A stretch of 16,846 nucleotides of DNA. Source: Leptolyngbyaceae cyanobacterium. GTDB lineage: Bacteria; Cyanobacteriota; Cyanobacteriia; Phormidesmidales; Phormidesmidaceae. The stretch spans positions 1-16,846 of the forward strand of contig JBHJHA010000040.1 in NCBI GenBank assembly GCA_050331235.1. Reading direction: 5' to 3'. Made by a program: the position numbers and the translations under genes. The notes below the pieces were generated by a model. It saw only the letters and a program-made list of their open reading frames with translations, was not told the DNA's origin and did no database searches. Positions 7,235-15,278 of the stretch are shown piece after piece; the first letter of the stretch is position 1, and each line of letters begins with the position of its first letter.

Positions 7235-8338
7235 CTAGCGATAGCGCACATCTCTAAACACCACCCGGGCGTTGTGAAAGCCTTCTGAGCGCAGCTCTAG
7301 AACGCGCAGCATGGCTGCATCGTGGCTGGGAAAGGCGCCGGCATTGATAAAGTCACCTTGGCGGGCGCTCGTATCAATGAACGCTTCTGGAAACTCCTGC
7401 TGTACACGTAACAGGGTGTCTTCACCGCCAAAAACGGCGGCCACATAAGCATCATTGACGCGATTAATGTTATCAACCCCGGGAGGCAGATCCCCTGCAG
7501 GAATATTGACGATCACTTCGCCCGTTCCTATTTCTTGGAATAGTCGTTGACCATTAACATTTTCAATTTCAAGAATAGTGCGGCCCTGGCCATCAATTCG
7601 GGCAAAGTAGCGCACCGGCTGACCGCTACGCTCCCCTGATGCGACGTAACTGACGGCGTCTTCATAGGGGGGAGCGGGATCAACCAAGCTGGCCGCCTTG
7701 CCGTTAAGTTCCTGCTGGGTGGTGAACTTATTGTAGACGTTCATAAAGCGCTGACCGTCGCGCTCAAATACCCTCACGGCATAGCTTGAGGTTTGAAACG
7801 CCAGAATGTTGTTGTTGCGAGTCTGCTCAAACACGCTGTCAGGCACGTTGAAGGCATTGATCACTTCAGCATCTTGGCTCGCAATCACTGACCCTGAGCC
7901 ATCGACAATCACCAACCGTGCAAAATCGTTGGCAAAGAGTTCAGCCACGTAGTCAGCCTGACGCCCGCTGTAGTCACCGGGGGTGAGATACACTGGCTTG
8001 CCATCACGCACTGTCAATGTGGTGCTGAGACTATCAACGCGCAACAATCCTTCCGCTTTGTCAAATACATTCATCCGAGGCTGACCGTTTTCGTCTCTAA
8101 AAACGCGGACGGCATAGTCTCGAGTTTCATAGGCGACGATGGTTTCGACTACCTGTTGAGCAATCAAGGGGCCAGTCGGAGATATGCCAGCTTCTCTGAA
8201 GATTAAATCCCGTTCGGCGACAGAGGCACGACTCAATCCGACGAAGGAGCTCAAGACCAAGGTCGAGGCCACCGCAAGGCTGGGGGCGACTTTTCTTAGG
8301 ACAATAACCGGGGACTGTTGTTTAGAACTCCTCATCAT
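7235..8338 (-). CDS. Secreted hypothetical protein with two ~100-aa internal repeats and a C-terminal SPOR-like domain
   Basis: N-terminal hydrophobic segment, then repeats IVAYETRDYAVRVF..MNVFDK and ILAFQTSSYAVRVF..MNVYNK. The C-terminus (YVAAV...PEAFI...INAGAF...LRSEGF.NARVVF) resembles cyanobacterial SPOR-like domains. SD-like AGGTGG precedes TTG-ATG-ATG, so the start could be 8341, 8338 or 8335. Confidence 0.75.
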   Translation of the reverse strand: MMRSSKQQSPVIVLRKVAPSLAVASTLVLSSFVGLSRASVAERDLIFREAGISPTGPLIAQQVVETIVAYETRDYAVRVFRDENGQPRMNVFDKAEGLLRVDSLSTTLTVRDGKPVYLTPGDYSGRQADYVAELFANDFARLVIVDGSGSVIASQDAEVINAFNVPDSVFEQTRNNNILAFQTSSYAVRVFERDGQRFMNVYNKFTTQQELNGKAASLVDPAPPYEDAVSYVASGERSGQPVRYFARIDGQGRTILEIENVNGQRLFQEIGTGEVIVNIPAGDLPPGVDNINRVNDAYVAAVFGGEDTLLRVQQEFPEAFIDTSARQGDFINAGAFPSHDAAMLRVLELRSEGFHNARVVFRDVRYR

Positions 8339-8664
8339 CAACCACCTATTTAACCCGCAGTAGTTCTGGACTTAAAAACAGGGAAAAACCCCGACCAAAC
8401 CCAGATAATGCGCTTCTACGCCCGTAATTTTATGTCAACTTTCTAAAATCGTACGGTCTTTCTAAAACTTCATGGAGCGATAGGTCTTGCCCGGATCGCC
8501 GATTGGATTAAGCGCGGTTTGATCACGCTAGAACAGCATTTTAGGAAATCGTTAATCTTGTCTCCGGTGAGGAAAGCCTATGATGGGCAGCGGGGCGGGT
8601 TGAAACATTCCCCTGACAGTTTGGAGTCCGCCAAACCGCTGTTGTTTTATCAGGAGTTCCCTCA

Positions 8665-9111
8665 ATGGTTAAACAAAACTGGGACCGTATGGGCATGGGC
8701 CTCGCTTTTTTGAGTGGTTTGCTTGGGGCAATCGCGTTCTCCTCGCCGGTGCGGGCAGAGGTGACCGTGGCCTATTGTGATACGCCTCGCTTTGCGATCA
8801 ACATCTTTAACCGCAATGATGAGCTCGATCAAGAATCTCCGGATCGCGACATCTTGCTGGTGCGAATTTATGACCGTCAAGACAGCATTAGTTTTATCAA
8901 CGGCATCAGAGTCAGCGCTGAAAATGCTATCTATAACGGCGTTGATGGCGTCTACTACACTAACCTCCGGGGCGAAAACGAGTGGAAGCTATTCGTTCCT
9001 GACAATCCGGGCGGCGGTCTAGACCCGGAAGCGCCGGGGGCCGATGCCGATCGCTGTGCTCTATTTCGCGATGATGAACTGATGGAGCTGGGGCAAGGCA
9101 GTCGCCCGTAG
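8665..9111 (+). CDS. Secreted hypothetical protein (Sec signal peptide)
   Basis: SD AGGAG at 8652-8656. Signal peptide ending P-V-R-A|EV. The mature part resembles one repeat of the divergent neighbour. Confidence 0.8.
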   Translation: MVKQNWDRMGMGLAFLSGLLGAIAFSSPVRAEVTVAYCDTPRFAINIFNRNDELDQESPDRDILLVRIYDRQDSISFINGIRVSAENAIYNGVDGVYYTNLRGENEWKLFVPDNPGGGLDPEAPGADADRCALFRDDELMELGQGSRP

Positions 9112-9127
9112 CGCTGCTGCGCGTAGG

Positions 9128-9838
9128 CTAAACCATGACCTGCCGCGATCGCTTCACTTCGTAATAGCGCTGGGCCAAAAAGCCGACGCTATAAATGATG
9201 GCCGCATCGGATGAAACGCCGATAACGGTGCCCGCTCCAGGCAAAACCTCTAAAAAGCTGAGACCCGATTTCAGCGTCCCGGAGCTGCCGGTAAACACAG
9301 CCCAAATGGCGAGTACCTCACCCCGTCGGGTCGTATCCTCAGCAGAAAATCCGTAGAGTGCCGCAATCTTATAGATCATTTCTGCCTGCAAAGCGGCGAT
9401 CGCCCCCAGATCTAACGCAAACAAAAGTACCGCCACTGGGGGCACAATGTTTGTCAATAAACCGACTTGGGCCGCCCGCCAAGTCGTAGTCGCGACAACT
9501 CGCTGCACCAGTTTTTCGTCCGTCTCGAGGGGATACTGGGTCCTCAGCTCAGCAATTTCGCGCTGAATTTTGTCCGCATTGACCTGTCCCAATGCCGCTA
9601 GTAGCCAGCTAATGCCAGGAATACCCGTGGCAAATTTGATTAAGGGGAGGTCCGCGATCGGCGCGACCGTATTGCCTGCTAGCTGAGTAGCCTGCTCAAT
9701 GGTGGGATAAATTAAGTTGATGAAGGCATCGCCCGCATCGTTAGCCCAATTTTGTAGCGTTTGGCCCATTTCATAAAACATGCGAGTGGCGGTATCCACG
9801 GCTGAATCTGGGCGATTGGGGGGAGGCGTATCGGTCAT
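9128..9838 (-). CDS. EcsC-like (DUF697-related) protein
   Basis: Pattern DLGAIAALQAEMIYKIAALYGF...RRGEVLAIW...LPGAGTVIG...A.IYSVG..AQRYY. ATG 9838 (MTDTPPP) is preferred over the track's start at 9895. Confidence 0.7.
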   Translation of the reverse strand: MTDTPPPNRPDSAVDTATRMFYEMGQTLQNWANDAGDAFINLIYPTIEQATQLAGNTVAPIADLPLIKFATGIPGISWLLAALGQVNADKIQREIAELRTQYPLETDEKLVQRVVATTTWRAAQVGLLTNIVPPVAVLLFALDLGAIAALQAEMIYKIAALYGFSAEDTTRRGEVLAIWAVFTGSSGTLKSGLSFLEVLPGAGTVIGVSSDAAIIYSVGFLAQRYYEVKRSRQVMV

Positions 9839-10032
9839 CAATAAAGTCCTAGGGCAAAAACGGCGGGCTTCGGCAAAATCGTAGGGACATCTCAAAATGC
9901 TGGCCTATGACCTAACCTTGGGTACAGTCTATGCGGTCCCTCGCGGTGGTGGCTTCTATCCGCTGAGGGAGCTCCGTAATGCCGCTGATTGGCGTTGAGG
10001 TCTGCTGCTAGGACAGTGCTGTTGAACTCGCC

Positions 10033-10530
10033 ATGACTCAATTCGATAATGATTGCGATCGCCTACTCCATAACTTGACCTACAGCGCCCAGGCCGGCGG
10101 ATACTTTTTCATCGGTTTAGGCCTGTTCTTATTTGGGCTCGTCCTCTTGATTCCCCTAGGCATCTTGGAGCTAAGCGCCACAGCAGACCCCAATTTTTGG
10201 CTCGGATGGTTGACCATGTGTGCCGTGTTGATGGGGATTGGCGGGTGGCTGCTAGATTACCGACGGCGACTGCGCCGCACCTTAGCAGACCGCAAAACCT
10301 TTTACCCCGCTCGACTAATTGAGTGGCGGGGGCCAACTGAGGTGGGTTGGTTTATTTATGTAGAGGTAGAGATTTCACCCAATCACCGCCGCCGGGGCAA
10401 ACAGCGCTTTTTAGAAGCCCCCCGCTGGCAGTCGGGCGATACGCTGGTGGTTTGTGTGCTAGCTGATGGCCGCCGCTTCTTTCCCAAAGCCTTGACCCAA
10501 CGGGCCGATGTTGGCTATCTCCAAAAATGA
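10033..10530 (+). CDS. Hypothetical membrane protein (two TM helices plus a small basic beta-rich domain)
   Basis: Hydrophobic segments GGYFFIGLGLFLFGLVLLIPLGIL and FWLGWLTMCAVLMGIGGWLL, followed by an Arg-rich stop-transfer and a beta-strand-like C-terminus. Confidence 0.75.
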   Translation: MTQFDNDCDRLLHNLTYSAQAGGYFFIGLGLFLFGLVLLIPLGILELSATADPNFWLGWLTMCAVLMGIGGWLLDYRRRLRRTLADRKTFYPARLIEWRGPTEVGWFIYVEVEISPNHRRRGKQRFLEAPRWQSGDTLVVCVLADGRRFFPKALTQRADVGYLQK

Positions 10531-10552
10531 TTTTCATCGGGTAACCTTTGTC

Positions 10553-10915
10553 ATGGTCAAACAGATTCACCTGCAAGCTGGAGACACCTCAATTATTTAT
10601 CGCCGCAGCTTTAGCAGTCTGCCGACGACCATTCATTTTGAGGTGGCCGCTGCCGATATGAGCGCGCCGCTCGGGCTGATTGAGGTGCGCGGCTCTACGT
10701 GGATCTTGGCGCATCCGCCCAAGACCCAGCCTTTACAGTTCACCAACTCGATCAAGGTGGGGTTTTGGGATACCTTTTTTGCGATCGCAGTTACGGCCCA
10801 TACGGATATCACGATTACCCTGTCCGGCCGACCAACTGGCCTGTCGCCCCTGATAGGGGTGGCGGCGATCGCCGTTGTGGCGGTCATCGCTGTTCTCATG
10901 ATGCTCCTGACGTAA
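10553..10915 (+). CDS. Hypothetical protein with C-terminal membrane anchor
   Basis: Beta-rich body ending in LIGVAAIAVVAVIAVLMMLLT. ATG 10553 avoids overlap with the upstream gene (the track's start is 10508). Two HIP1 sites. Confidence 0.65.
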   Translation: MVKQIHLQAGDTSIIYRRSFSSLPTTIHFEVAAADMSAPLGLIEVRGSTWILAHPPKTQPLQFTNSIKVGFWDTFFAIAVTAHTDITITLSGRPTGLSPLIGVAAIAVVAVIAVLMMLLT

Positions 10916-11182
10916 TTTGTCCAAATTCACGGAGAAGCGCACCTAAGGAATATCAGGTTTTCCGATGCCGTCAGGTTAATATCTTTAAAGCCTTTGTAAA
11001 GGTTGATTAAACAGCGGCCTTGTGATGAAAAATATACCTATGCCCTGTGAGCACATTTGCTCATCTCTTATGCTGTGCTTCAATAAAGCACGGTTATCGA
11101 TCAAAATTGACTAAACAAAATCACGACGACTGATTTTAGCTCTACATTTTCTTGCCCTATCAGATTATTCCTTGTTGACAGC

Positions 11183-12337
11183 ATGAGTGAATACAGCATT
11201 TTTACTTCGGAATCGGTGTCGGCAGGTCATCCTGACAAAATGGCCGACCAAATATCGGATGCCATCATAGACGACATCCTCAAAGACGACGCTCATGCCC
11301 GGGTGGCAGTCGAAACGTTGGTCAAGACCGGCATGGCCGTCATTGCTGGAGAGGTCCGTACCAGCACCTATGTCGATTTAGTAGACGTAGTTCGCTGTGT
11401 CATCTTTGACATTGGCTACGATAGCTCCGATGTGGGCTTTGATGGAGCTTCCTGCGCTGTGTTGAATGCCATTGGCAAACAGTCTTCTGACATTGCCATG
11501 GGCGTCGACGAAGCTGAAGCCAAAGACCTTGGCGCTGGCGACCAAGGCCTCATGTTTGGCTACGCGACGAACGAGACGGATGTGCTCATGCCGGCTCCTA
11601 TTTACTTTGCCCATCGCCTGGTTGAGCGCCAAGCGGAGCTGCGAAAAAATAAAACTCTGCCCTGGTTACGTCCCGATGCCAAGAGCCAGGTGACCCTACG
11701 CTACGAAAACGGTAAGCCCGTTGCCGTTGATGCCGTGGTGCTGTCAACCCAGCATGAACCAGACGTGACTTTGGCTGAGATTCGCGAAGCCGTGATGGAA
11801 GAAATCATCAAGCCGGTCTTGCCTCAGGCGTGGTTCCACGTGGAGACCCAGTATCACATCAATCCAACGGGACAATTCATCATCGGCGGTCCGGTGGGCG
11901 ACTGCGGTCTGACCGGACGCAAAATCATTGTCGACACTTACGGCGGCATGGCCCGACACGGAGGGGGCGCTTTTTCGGGTAAGGATCCCTCCAAGGTCGA
12001 TCGCTCGGCAGCTTATGCGGGGCGCTATGTCGCAAAAAACATCGTGGCGGCCGGTTTGGCCGATCGCTGTGAGATTCAGGTTTCTTACGCCATTGGGGTT
12101 TCTGAACCGACATCGATTTCGATCAATACCTTTGGCACGGGCAAGCTCTCCGACGAGGAGATTTCGAAGCTGGTTCGAGACAACTTTGATCTGCGTCCGC
12201 AAGGATTAATCGATATGCTGGATCTACGTCGTCCGATTTATCGACAAACGGCAGCATTTGGCCATTTTGGCCGGGAACTGCCCGATATGACGTGGGAAAA
12301 GACCGATAAGGCGGCTGCCTTGAAAGCCGCTCTGTAA
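11183..12337 (+). CDS. metK: S-adenosylmethionine synthetase (methionine adenosyltransferase)
   Basis: Motifs [66 protein letters not shown] and FGHFGR. Confidence 0.98.
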   Translation: MSEYSIFTSESVSAGHPDKMADQISDAIIDDILKDDAHARVAVETLVKTGMAVIAGEVRTSTYVDLVDVVRCVIFDIGYDSSDVGFDGASCAVLNAIGKQSSDIAMGVDEAEAKDLGAGDQGLMFGYATNETDVLMPAPIYFAHRLVERQAELRKNKTLPWLRPDAKSQVTLRYENGKPVAVDAVVLSTQHEPDVTLAEIREAVMEEIIKPVLPQAWFHVETQYHINPTGQFIIGGPVGDCGLTGRKIIVDTYGGMARHGGGAFSGKDPSKVDRSAAYAGRYVAKNIVAAGLADRCEIQVSYAIGVSEPTSISINTFGTGKLSDEEISKLVRDNFDLRPQGLIDMLDLRRPIYRQTAAFGHFGRELPDMTWEKTDKAAALKAAL

Positions 12338-12388
12338 TCATCGCTAATATCACTCACTGACTGCAATTTACTCAACCTAAAGGAATCA

Positions 12389-13774
12389 ATGACTGCACAA
12401 GTTCTGAAGCAAGATTACAAAGTTGCCGATATTTCTCTAGCCGACTGGGGCCGCAAGGAAATCGCGATCGCCGAGAGCGAAATGCCGGCGCTGATCAAAA
12501 TTCGCGAAAAGTATCGCGCTAGCCAGCCCCTCAAGGGAGCCAAAATCATTGGCTGCATCCACATGACCATTCAAACGGCGGTATTGATTGAGACGCTGCA
12601 AGCGCTGGGTGCTGAGGTGCGGTGGTCTTCCTGCAACATTTTTTCCACTCAGGATCACGCCGCGGCGGCGATCGCAGCAGCAGGCACCCCCGTCTTTGCT
12701 TGGAAGGGCGAAACCGAAGAAGAATACATGTGGTGCATTGAGCAGACCTGCCGTACCCCCGAGGGCGACCTATGGGATGCCAACATGATTTTGGATGACG
12801 GTGGCGACTTGACTGGCCACATCCACGAACACTACCCCGAGATGCTCGACCACATCCACGGCGTCACCGAGGAGACCACCACCGGCGTTCACCGCCTGCT
12901 GGAGATGATGGAGCACGGTGAACTGAAGGTGCCTGCCATCAACGTGAATGACTCTGTCACCAAGGCGAAAAACGACAACAAGTACGGCTGCCGCCACAGT
13001 CTGAACGATGCTATCAAGCGGGCGATCGACCACCTTCTCGCCGGTAAAAAAGCCTTGGTCATCGGCTATGGCGATGTTGGTAAGGGCTCTGCGGCGTCCC
13101 TCCGTCAAGAAGGCATGATCGTCAAGGTGGCGGAATGTGACCCCATCTGTGCCATGCAGGCCTGCATGGACGGTTTTGAGGTGGTTTCTCCTTACATTGG
13201 CGGTCAGAATGACGGCACTGAGAGCTGCATTGACCGCGACCTGCTCGGCAACACCGATCTGCTGGTGACGGCCACTGGTAACGTCAACGTCTGCGATGCC
13301 TACATGCTGGCGGCTCTGAAGCGGGGCGCTGTGGTCTGCAACATCGGCCACTTTGATAATGAAATCGACACGGCTTACATGCGCCGCACCTGGCGCTGGG
13401 AAGAGGTGAAGCCCCAAGTCCATCAGGTCTACCGCAGTGATGACCAAGATGATTTCTTGTTGCTGTTGGCTGAGGGCCGCTTGGTGAACCTGGGTAACGC
13501 CACCGGTCACCCCTCTCGCATTATGGACGGCTCTTTTGCGAACCAAGTGCTGGCGCAAATGTTCTTGTACGAGCGTAAGTTTGCAGACAAGTCTCCCGAA
13601 GAAAAGTCCACTGCCATCACCGTTGAGGTGCTGCCTAAGCACCTAGATGAGGAAGTTGCCCGCTACATGGTAGAGGGCTTTGGTGGCGTGGTCACTCAGC
13701 TCACCGAAAAGCAGGCCAAGTACATCAACGTGCCCATGAACGGTCCGTTCAAGACCGACAGCTACAAATACTAA
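12389..13774 (+). CDS. ahcY: S-adenosyl-L-homocysteine hydrolase (adenosylhomocysteinase)
   Basis: Motifs [54 protein letters not shown] (NAD binding), NIGHFD and [20 protein letters not shown] upstream; 51 bp after metK, so probably one operon. Confidence 0.98.
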   Translation: MTAQVLKQDYKVADISLADWGRKEIAIAESEMPALIKIREKYRASQPLKGAKIIGCIHMTIQTAVLIETLQALGAEVRWSSCNIFSTQDHAAAAIAAAGTPVFAWKGETEEEYMWCIEQTCRTPEGDLWDANMILDDGGDLTGHIHEHYPEMLDHIHGVTEETTTGVHRLLEMMEHGELKVPAINVNDSVTKAKNDNKYGCRHSLNDAIKRAIDHLLAGKKALVIGYGDVGKGSAASLRQEGMIVKVAECDPICAMQACMDGFEVVSPYIGGQNDGTESCIDRDLLGNTDLLVTATGNVNVCDAYMLAALKRGAVVCNIGHFDNEIDTAYMRRTWRWEEVKPQVHQVYRSDDQDDFLLLLAEGRLVNLGNATGHPSRIMDGSFANQVLAQMFLYERKFADKSPEEKSTAITVEVLPKHLDEEVARYMVEGFGGVVTQLTEKQAKYINVPMNGPFKTDSYKY

Positions 13775-13832
13775 GTGGCATTTAGAGCGATCGCATCCCC
13801 AAGGCGATCGCGATTAAGGATTACTTGATTTC

Positions 13833-13875
13833 CAAAGGAGAGTTCTGGCTAGTGCTCAGGGCTCTCCTTTGTTTT
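13833..13875 (+). terminator. Intrinsic terminator after ahcY
   Basis: CAAAGGAGAGTTCTG (13833-13847) pairs with CAGGGCTCTCCTTTG (13857-13871, two G-U pairs), followed by TTTT. Confidence 0.8.
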
Positions 13876-13951
13876 GGACGAGCGACCGCTTCCAGCTCTC
13901 GGATCCTTCTACAGCCGACTTAGAATAAGCAAAAGCCACAGAGCGATCGCC

Positions 13952-14584
13952 ATGGTGCTCCTGAACGAGTTAGCCAGCCGAATCACCCTAGATGATCCTG
14001 AAGAACGACGGGTCTTGAGCCGTGTCTCGTGGGCACAGTACGAAGCATTGCTGGCCGATTTGGGAGACACCGGTGCTTATCGGGTGCATTTTTTAGATGG
14101 AGTTTTAGAGATCTTGGCCCCGAGTCGCCATCATGAAGTCGGCAAGACCCTGATTGGTAATCTTCTGGAACTCTATTTTCTAGAAACCGACACCGAATAT
14201 TTCCCGATGGGCTCCACCACACTAAAGAAGTCTGAACAACAGGCGGGCGGTGAACCAGATGAAAGCTACTGCATCGGGACAAACAAAGAATTTCCTGATT
14301 TGGCCATTGAAGTTATCGTTACCAGCGGCAGTATCAATCGGCTGGAGCTGTACCGACGACTCGGTGTGCGTGAAGTTTGGTTTTGGCAAAAGCATCGACT
14401 GTCGCTTTATCACCAGCGAGCAGATCACCCGGCCGAGTTTGCTGAGACTGCAGGCTATGAGCTGATTCAGCACAGCGAGGTATTGCCCGATCTCGATCTA
14501 GCGCTATTGACTCGCTGCCTACAAATGCCAAATCCGTTAGCTGCCGTGAAAGCGTTTCGACAGGGACTGCGCAAGGGGGCTTGA
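13952..14584 (+). CDS. Uma2 family (DUF820) PD-(D/E)XK endonuclease-like protein
   Basis: Pattern VSWAQYEALL, DGVLEILAPS..HE, GSTT, EPDESY, PDLAIEVIVTSGS, Y.RLGVREVWFW. The track's start (13874) lies in the terminator tail; ATG 13952 follows a TAGAAT -10-like hexamer at 13921. Confidence 0.92.
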   Translation: MVLLNELASRITLDDPEERRVLSRVSWAQYEALLADLGDTGAYRVHFLDGVLEILAPSRHHEVGKTLIGNLLELYFLETDTEYFPMGSTTLKKSEQQAGGEPDESYCIGTNKEFPDLAIEVIVTSGSINRLELYRRLGVREVWFWQKHRLSLYHQRADHPAEFAETAGYELIQHSEVLPDLDLALLTRCLQMPNPLAAVKAFRQGLRKGA

Positions 14585-14708
14585 GGCGATATTGGTGAAC
14601 GATCGCAGTGCAGACCAGAGATCGCGGTAATTATCATTCATCGTCACGCTAGCGCTGGTCGAGCCGTCGGGCGATCGCGTTGTTAGAAGCCAGCCATAAT
14701 AATGGACT

Positions 14709-14972
14709 ATGCTCAAAACCACTCGCTATTTTGACAATTTTGCCTCGCAAAAACACCCTGAAGTAGAGCGAGCATGGATTGAAAAGGTTTTGGCAAATCC
14801 GATTAAGACAGAGTCGCAGCCTAACCAGCGAATTTCCCATTGGGGCAACATTGAAGCAGCAGAAAACCGGGTTTTGCGAGTGATCACACTAGAGGATGGC
14901 GAAACGGTTCATGATGCTTTCTTCGATCGCAACTTTTATAAACGTCAGCAGCGAGGTGAGGAACCCCAATGA
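14709..14972 (+). CDS. Putative type II toxin (DUF4258-like, predicted RelE/BrnT-type RNase fold)
   Basis: 87 aa with pattern WIEKVLANP...Q...R..HWG.I....NRVLRVITLEDGETVH.AFFDR, typical of partners encoded upstream of DUF2283 genes. ATGA overlap with the next gene. Confidence 0.7.
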   Translation: MLKTTRYFDNFASQKHPEVERAWIEKVLANPIKTESQPNQRISHWGNIEAAENRVLRVITLEDGETVHDAFFDRNFYKRQQRGEEPQ

Positions 14973-15175
14973 AGATTCAATATTTTGCGGATACCGATAC
15001 CTTAGCGATCGAGCTGACGACACAGGCTGTTGCCGCTACGGATGCAATTACCGATGATTTGATTTTGGACTACGACAGCAATGGCAAAGTCGTTGCCATT
15101 ACGTTGGACAACTATTCTAAAAATGTCGAAACAGTTGATTTGCAAGCATTGGGAGTACCGGTTTTGGCGGCGTAA
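14969..15175 (+). CDS. DUF2283 domain protein, putative antitoxin
   Basis: MKIQYFADTDTLAIEL...LILDYDSNGKVVAITL matches the DUF2283 pattern (Y...D.LYI.L...DYD..G.VVGI). Small, acidic and translationally coupled to the upstream gene. Confidence 0.85.
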   Translation: MKIQYFADTDTLAIELTTQAVAATDAITDDLILDYDSNGKVVAITLDNYSKNVETVDLQALGVPVLAA

Positions 15176-15278
15176 CGCTTGCCAGCTCGCCCCAATGCCC
15201 GATGGCTTGCGGAAAGGCCGTACCTGCCGCTGGAGCATTACAGTATGCTGTGACCATATTTACGCTGCTGATTACTGA

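Noticed and set aside
10873..12463. Absence of perfect HIP1 sites across metK as proof of recent transfer
   Set aside because: Only about two sites are expected in this span at the window's density, and a longer gap (7113-9144) covers native-looking genes.
12770..13642. 290-aa antisense ORF inside ahcY
   Set aside because: It is the codon-aligned shadow of a strongly biased, conserved sense gene, with no recognisable motifs.
6319..13774. folP, metK and ahcY as a single one-carbon metabolism cluster
   Set aside because: folP is separated from metK by five unrelated genes in mixed orientation and looks native; the proximity is probably coincidental.
13874..13951. N-terminal extension of the Uma2 ORF from the TTG at 13874
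   Set aside because: It starts in the terminator T-tract and spans the likely promoter; ATG 13952 gives a normal-length protein.
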